Of a stretch of DNA of 64,000 nt, positions 58,584 through 64,000 are shown in pieces. Location of the stretch: positions 39,724 through 103,723 of the IMG/VR virus record IMGVR_UViG_3300032516_000011; one strand, given 5' to 3'. The translations under genes and the position numbers were made by a program. This DNA is from a virus. A model generated the notes under the pieces. It worked only from the letters and a program-made list of their open reading frames with translations. It ran no database searches and had not been told where the DNA came from. Each line of letters opens with the position of its first letter. Within the stretch, counting starts at the first letter, position 1.

Positions 58584-58815
58584 AAGGCCTATTAAAAGGG
58601 GGGCGATGTGGAAGAACATTTTTTTATATATTCATTTAATGTGCCCATTAATTTTTGCACACAATGATAACAACAGTGTTTAGTTATACGAGTAAAAGTA
58701 AATGTTAAACAACTCATACTCGGTGGAATTTCACAGCTACACTCATTACATTTTCTTGCTCGTTTTGCTATTTGTATTTCAAACATACTTTTCTCCTGAA
58801 GGTAAAAAACACCAG

Positions 58816-59565
58816 CTATGGTTTCATTAGTTGGTGCTCATCGATTTGTGCTTCTACGTACTTTTCAGTGAATTGTCCATCAACATACTCAAGAAAAAAC
58901 CACATTGGAATATTTTCTACTAAATCAATGTTCCAGTTATGGGATTCATTTCCCATCTTTTCAATGCCGGGAAGATATCGCGCGGTTCTTCCTCCTGTGT
59001 GTCCGAATATCTGACTGATCTGTGAGATTGGTTTAAACTCTTTATTGAAATCGCACCAGAAAGGTCCACCAACTGGATCTATCCCACCGCGTTCTCTTCC
59101 TAACCATCCAAACGGGGACGAGTCAAGAGGAGTTCTCCACCACTCTTCTAGGTTCTCACCAAGATTTTGAACGGTTAGTCCACGTTCTTTCCAAAGATAG
59201 CTGGTTAATCCTGCATGCGTGACTAGAAGATTTTCCTCCTTATATAGATGATAGAACTTGAGATGCTTCCACATTTTACTCTTCAGATGAATAAGCATAC
59301 TTTCCATAACACCTGAGTATCCAGAGCATCCCATTCCTTTATACAGGTATCCAAGATCATGGTTACCCATAAGAGCAATAGCTTCTTCTCGTTCAACCAT
59401 CAGAAGAATTTTCTCCAGTGTGAGAAGCTGGCTTTTTCGAGTGAAATAATAAGAATCTACATAATCTCCTACAAAAACCTTATCCCAACCCTTGTATTCG
59501 GCCTCGACGTGTAATATGCGATTGAGATCTCCGTGAAGATCTCCTATGAATACAGTTTTGTTCAT
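58816..59565 (-). CDS. metallophosphoesterase
   Basis: GDLHG, GDYVD, GNHD, THAG, GHT. Confidence 0.88.
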   Translation of the reverse strand: MNKTVFIGDLHGDLNRILHVEAEYKGWDKVFVGDYVDSYYFTRKSQLLTLEKILLMVEREEAIALMGNHDLGYLYKGMGCSGYSGVMESMLIHLKSKMWKHLKFYHLYKEENLLVTHAGLTSYLWKERGLTVQNLGENLEEWWRTPLDSSPFGWLGRERGGIDPVGGPFWCDFNKEFKPISQISQIFGHTGGRTARYLPGIEKMGNESHNWNIDLVENIPMWFFLEYVDGQFTEKYVEAQIDEHQLMKP

Positions 59566-59906
59566 AGAGTTTTTATATTGATTTTGAGATTGGGTATTGT
59601 AGTTGCTGCTTGTTCTTTTATATACGCCCACTCTTCGGGCGTAAGTTTGCTAAGTTTTCTCATTGTGGGTATAATTCGAATCAAGAACCACAGTTTTGTG
59701 AAAAAGCCCACATTCTCTACCACCACTTTCATTCCAAATAGTTTCATGCTGGTACCCTTGTTCCAATATCATACAGCTGTAGGGTGCGAATAGCGCTGAG
59801 AGCCAGAAACTGTGCCGCCTTGTTATCCGGATGATTGATGAAATTTTGAATGCACTTTAACAGTCTTTGAAACTCATCTTTTTCGATTGTGATCATACTG
59901 TCCCTT

Positions 59907-60140
59907 TCAGAATTGGATTTTTTGTGTCTCCACTGCCTGATACTCGACAATTTCAAAGTCGGTTATAGGATAAGTTACTTCTTCTACTGGAGTGCGACAT
60001 ACGTGCGATGCGCTTGGAACTCGAGCATAGATTTTTCCTACTTTCGATAGATGCTTCTCTTCGAAAACATGTGAGTAGTATTTTTTATTGGGTGTATAGA
60101 ATAGCCCCGAGGGTGTGTGTCTAATCTTGTAATGTTTCAT
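59907..60140 (-). CDS. hypothetical protein
   Basis: YKIRHTPSGLFY phage-type motif. Confidence 0.55.
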   Translation of the reverse strand: MKHYKIRHTPSGLFYTPNKKYYSHVFEEKHLSKVGKIYARVPSASHVCRTPVEEVTYPITDFEIVEYQAVETQKIQF

Positions 60141-60208
60141 ATTTTCTTATGTGTAAATGTACCAGAGATCGGATTTGAACCGATATGCCATTGCTGGCAC
60201 AGGATTTT

Positions 60209-60891
60209 CTTCACTACATCGCTTTCGCATTGTAGTCCGGACTATGTCTTCATCCTTATTTTAAGGAGTACCCTATATAGTCTCTACACGTTTCGACCAC
60301 GATAATTATCTGTGAACGCATGACAGTTTGGGCATAAAATTTCTATGTTTTTCAAACGATGATCAAAATGATCTCCATTTTTATGATGAAATTCAAGTGG
60401 TATTGGTTTGCCGTACCACTTAGTTCTTTCACAACGCACACACTTTTTTTCAAAGAGCTGTGCAGCAAAGGCACGCTTTTTTAAAGTATGTGTGCTTGAA
60501 TAATGGGAGTTTTTAATCATTATTTTATCTAAAGGAATTCCTTTTTTGTTTGGAAATTTCATTCCCTTAGACCAACCTTGTCGCGTAAAGTGCGAGGTAT
60601 TTAGCTTTAACTGTTTGATCTTGAACCTGACGGTCTTATAATTACCTCCGATAGGAACAATTCCAATTAAACGACAAACATTTGCCGTACTCTTAGATTT
60701 TTTAACAGCTATTATAAACTGTGCATCTGTATAACGTGTGGTGTGATTCATACAACTATTATACAAAATGGCAGAGTCAAAAGCAAATATTGCTCACCCT
60801 TTGCCGTTTAGCTCGGCGTTACCATTTTACAGGTTTCGCCGAATTAGGGGTAATTCACTCAAAAGATTACTCTTTAGGTGCTCTTTTCTCA
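60209..60891 (-). mobile_element. group I intron in the tRNA-Leu anticodon, carrying an HNH ORF
   Basis: P AAUUCGGCGAAACC, Q GGUAACGCCGAGCUAA, R GUGUAGAGACUAUA, S GAAGACAUAGUCC; follows U, ends in G. Confidence 0.9.
60284..60751 (-). CDS. intron-encoded HNH homing endonuclease
   Basis: CVRC...LEFHHKNGDH.D.R..NIEILCPNCH; internal promoter TTGCTT-17-TATAAT at 60786-60758. Confidence 0.9.
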   Translation of the reverse strand: MNHTTRYTDAQFIIAVKKSKSTANVCRLIGIVPIGGNYKTVRFKIKQLKLNTSHFTRQGWSKGMKFPNKKGIPLDKIMIKNSHYSSTHTLKKRAFAAQLFEKKCVRCERTKWYGKPIPLEFHHKNGDHFDHRLKNIEILCPNCHAFTDNYRGRNV

Positions 60892-61049
60892 AAGTCCTGT
60901 GTGTCTGCCAATTTCACCACTCTGGCAATTTATTAAAGGATATCTGGCCAAATGTCGTTCGGTGAATCGCAGGGAACAGCATTTACATGTGCTTCCATAT
61001 CGTAGTGGCCACCTTCGTCGATGAATTGATTCGCGCTCATAGTTCCTCT

Positions 61050-61796
61050 CTAAAATGGATGCCAAAATAGTCCTACGTTTACATTTCTGTAAACATCAAG
61101 ACTCGAATTGATTAAAGTGTAATATCCAAGAACGGTCCAGTTATCCGCGCTATATCCTGCGCCCAGGCCACCATACTGTCCCACTACCCCACCTAACAAA
61201 AATCTTTTTTGCGGTGTGGGAGGTGCATACTTTTGTAATCGGCGATAGGTATCGTTATCGAGAGTCCCTGTTCCCATTACTTTGACGCCGGCTGTTAAAG
61301 ACCAGGTATTAAATTTCCAAATTCCTTCCTCTTCAACAAGACCTGCTCCTACTAAAATAGGGTTAGGAAAAGTGAATGCAATATCCCATCTTGCATCGTG
61401 CGTACGAATGTTATAAAAGGTGGAGCCTGTATAATCTACAATTGATGCATGTCCTGAGAACGGAACAGTCACGGTACTATCGGTCACGACAGCCACCGCG
61501 GTTCCATGTTTATGTACGCTATCAACATAGGCTGAAAACTTTGCTTGAAGAGCGACATATAACCCACTTTTTTCTACAAGTTGCTCATTAAGATCTCGTA
61601 CAAATGTAGTTGTCTTATTGAGACTGTCTGCCTTTTGTTCGAGCGAATCACGTAATGCCAGTTCGTTTTGTTGCAATTTGCCGTGTTCCAATTTCAATGC
61701 TTGATAGTCATTATAAATTCCGTAGGCCCATGCACCGGCAGCGATAACAAGTGTTATGATTCCAATGTAAAGATATATTTTTAAATTTGCAGGCAT
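61050..61796 (-). CDS. membrane-anchored coiled-coil protein (spanin-like)
   Basis: N-terminal TM helix, coiled coil, beta-rich C-terminus ending in F. Confidence 0.5.
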   Translation of the reverse strand: MPANLKIYLYIGIITLVIAAGAWAYGIYNDYQALKLEHGKLQQNELALRDSLEQKADSLNKTTTFVRDLNEQLVEKSGLYVALQAKFSAYVDSVHKHGTAVAVVTDSTVTVPFSGHASIVDYTGSTFYNIRTHDARWDIAFTFPNPILVGAGLVEEEGIWKFNTWSLTAGVKVMGTGTLDNDTYRRLQKYAPPTPQKRFLLGGVVGQYGGLGAGYSADNWTVLGYYTLINSSLDVYRNVNVGLFWHPF

Positions 61797-62138
61797 AATA
61801 ATCTCCTTAAGATATTAATGGGCGACCTCACTTGAAGCCGCCCAAAAGTTTATGTCAGGCTTGGTATAAAGCCCGGATGTTCGAGTTGGTTTTTGTAGTC
61901 GTAGTATCGACCCGTAAGTTGCCTTAGTGCTTCTTCTTCTGTTTCAGCCCAACGTACCGGCGAGAGGCTGCATCTCAGGCAAACGGCAATGTACACGTCA
62001 GGTTCCCAACCACCTCTAGGATTCATTCCTCTGAAGAGTTTGGCCTGACTATGACTACATCGTGGACACGCTATGGTGGTCATCGTCACTACTTTATTGT
62101 ATGGTATTCTTAGGATGGTACTTGCCTCACGTTCCATA

Positions 62139-62495
62139 TCAGTTACCTCCTTGCCACGTCCCTGTCCCAATTCTTTCGAAGTAATAGATTTCATTTCTAA
62201 AATTCATAAAGAATTGGCCACGACCGGTAAGATATCCTACTGTCCATGGGCGACCGGGAGCATCGTATATCGTGATGGCGGGACCGTGAGGAGTCCATTT
62301 CCCTCTAAATGTGGCGGCCCACGGACTACCAACTTTACTATCCAAAGTATAGGTACTATCTTTTTGAAGTACCAACATGGACATTTCTCCAGAAGTAGTG
62401 TAGCTTGTCCAAGGTCCAGCTAAGCGCTCGGTTTGAGACACTGAGCCACAACCAGTAACCAAGAATATAAGCAGCATAAAAATCATGTGTTTCAT
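62139..62495 (-). CDS. putative lipoprotein
   Basis: LLIFLVTGC lipobox. Confidence 0.55.
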   Translation of the reverse strand: MKHMIFMLLIFLVTGCGSVSQTERLAGPWTSYTTSGEMSMLVLQKDSTYTLDSKVGSPWAATFRGKWTPHGPAITIYDAPGRPWTVGYLTGRGQFFMNFRNEIYYFERIGTGTWQGGN

Positions 62496-62576
62496 AAAAA
62501 CATCCTTTCCTTTTATCTTATATTCTTATACCATTAAAACAAAAGGCCTAAGAAGTTATTCCCAGGCCTCAAGTGC

Positions 62577-63038
62577 TTACTGCACAACTACCGTTCGTTT
62601 CTTAGGAGGGCTTTTTTCTTCAGTCTTTTTCTTTATTTCAACAGTCAATATACCATTTTTCACGGCTGCGGAAATACTGCTTTCATCAATGTTATCTGGT
62701 AAAGATATGTTTCTACAAAATGACGATCGATGTATTTCTTTCCTTACAAGATTCTTCGTACCACTTACTGTTTGTTTATCTGCACGTATGGATAAATAAG
62801 GAACGCCATTTTCTTGCAGTACTTCTACCGTTATGTCCGCACTGGTAAGTCCAGGAATAGTCGCATCAATTATAAATTTATCTGGTAATTCTTGTACATC
62901 CAGTTTTGGATATCCAGTACTATTACGTGTGGTAAAATCTTTATCGAAGTTATTTAGAATGTCGTCCATCAACTCTTCAAAAATTGTCTCAAAACGACTG
63001 TGGATGTCTGTACGTCGGAAGGGTAATAATCCTAGCAT
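62577..63038 (-). CDS. small heat-shock protein (Hsp20/alpha-crystallin)
   Basis: PKLDVQE..IPGL, F.R.ISLPDNID...A..KNGILTVEI.K. Confidence 0.92.
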   Translation of the reverse strand: MLGLLPFRRTDIHSRFETIFEELMDDILNNFDKDFTTRNSTGYPKLDVQELPDKFIIDATIPGLTSADITVEVLQENGVPYLSIRADKQTVSGTKNLVRKEIHRSSFCRNISLPDNIDESSISAAVKNGILTVEIKKKTEEKSPPKKRTVVVQ

Positions 63039-63333
63039 ATTTAACTCTCCTATTTTAAAGTTAGCCTTTGCTTAACAAATGAGGTGCCATTTGACTACCT
63101 CAAGGTGGGATTAGTATTTAATTATAGAGTGGGTATCAATCCCTTAATACCCACTCATTTCTTGGTGGAGCCTCGTTTTATATACGATACTTGTGCTGTA
63201 CACTTCCGCGCGGCGGAGGCTCCATGGCGTCTATCAACCGATAACGTCTCTTTGTGCTCGGCGGTCCGTGCCTAGCATATATAATATAGTAAAAATTTAA
63301 GAGAAAGTCAAGTCATAGGATAAAAAAAAGAGC

Positions 63334-63939
63334 TTACAATAAGCTCTCTTTTTTGATAACCTTATCAATCAATCCATATGTCACTGCTTCTTCCGCAGAC
63401 ATATAATTATCGCGATCGGTATCTTTTTCAACTAGCTCAAGTTCTTTACCTGTCCAATCTGCGAGAAATTGATTAAGTTTCTTTTTTGTTTTCAGTATCT
63501 GATTTGCTTGAATCGCAATATCTGAAGCTGTCCCTTCAACTCCACCCCAAGGCTGATGAATCATAATTTCAGCATTAGGAAGAGCTCCGCGCATACCTTT
63601 CTTTGCGCCGGCAAGAAGAATTGCACCCATAGATGCTACGATGCCAAAACCAACTGTACGAACTGGTGCTGAAATATAGTTCATAGTATCAAGAATGGCT
63701 AATCCCGCTGAAACAACTCCTCCAGGAGTGTTTAGAAAAAGTGTGATGGGAGTTTCGGCATTTTCTGAATTGAGATGCAATAATTGTGCTATAACTACGT
63801 TTGCAACATCGGCATTAATTGGTTGGCCAAGAAGAATTATTCTCTCCTTGTGTAATCGGCTGAATATGTCGTATGACCTCTCGCCATGGGACGTAGTTTC
63901 GATAACCATTGGAGCGTACATAACGGTTGGTGTGGGCAT
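63334..63939 (-). CDS. clpP: ATP-dependent Clp protease proteolytic subunit
   Basis: YDIFSRL.KERII, NTPGG, ASMGA, MIHQP, DRDNYMSAEEA..YGLID. Confidence 0.95.
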   Translation of the reverse strand: MPTPTVMYAPMVIETTSHGERSYDIFSRLHKERIILLGQPINADVANVVIAQLLHLNSENAETPITLFLNTPGGVVSAGLAILDTMNYISAPVRTVGFGIVASMGAILLAGAKKGMRGALPNAEIMIHQPWGGVEGTASDIAIQANQILKTKKKLNQFLADWTGKELELVEKDTDRDNYMSAEEAVTYGLIDKVIKKESLL

Positions 63940-64000
63940 AACGCTTTTCCTTTTTTATCTTTTCATAACGATTATGGTTGTTAAGTCCGGGAAGTGACGC

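Larger units (their letters stand above)
60160..60926 (-). tRNA. tRNA-Leu(UAA), interrupted (exons 60926-60892 and 60208-60160)
   Basis: joined exons give CAGGA-CTTAAAA-TCCTG and acceptor GCCAGAG/CTCTGGT. Confidence 0.9.

Noticed and set aside
63059-63105. CIRCE element upstream of hsp20
   Set aside because: Does not match TTAGCACTC-N9-GAGTGCTAA; only a generic hairpin is present.
1-64000. Stop-codon reassignment (TAG/TGA recoding)
   Set aside because: Long genes are intact in the standard code and no suppressor tRNA was found; the TAG after GT exon 1 is explained by the intron.

Overview
Segment of an AT-rich jumbo/huge bacteriophage genome, apparently read in the standard genetic code. 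1-19.3 kb (+): virion module with baseplate wedge/J-like proteins, a 1471-aa tail fibre, holin-like genes and a portal. 19.3-29.3 kb (-): a glycosyltransferase split by an ORF-less group I intron next to a free-standing HNH-type nuclease, a radical-SAM-like protein, and a MoxR-AAA/vWA operon that runs into a retron-type reverse transcriptase locus. 29.4-35.5 kb (+): single-chain beta-beta' RNA polymerase. 35.5-64 kb (-): host-takeover region with ClpC-like ATPase, Pnkp-like RNA repair enzyme, IF3, phosphoesterases, a vWA/PurA-like pair, Hsp20, ClpP, about 15 tRNAs (one, tRNA-Leu-UAA, carries a group I intron with an HNH ORF), a YrlA-type Y-RNA-like element and several expanded tRNA-like RNAs. 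Best candidate for a new system: one retron RT (23713-24597) preceded by TWO paralogous msr/msd-like ncRNA units (24607-24949 and 25282-25765). They share closing-stem architecture, a branch-point G, msr-like hairpins and a 13-nt core (GGTGTGAGTCCTA) but otherwise have different, palindrome-rich template regions; an unknown partner ORF is translationally coupled to the RT. All calls come from motif reading and manual base-pairing; no database searches or folding programs were run.
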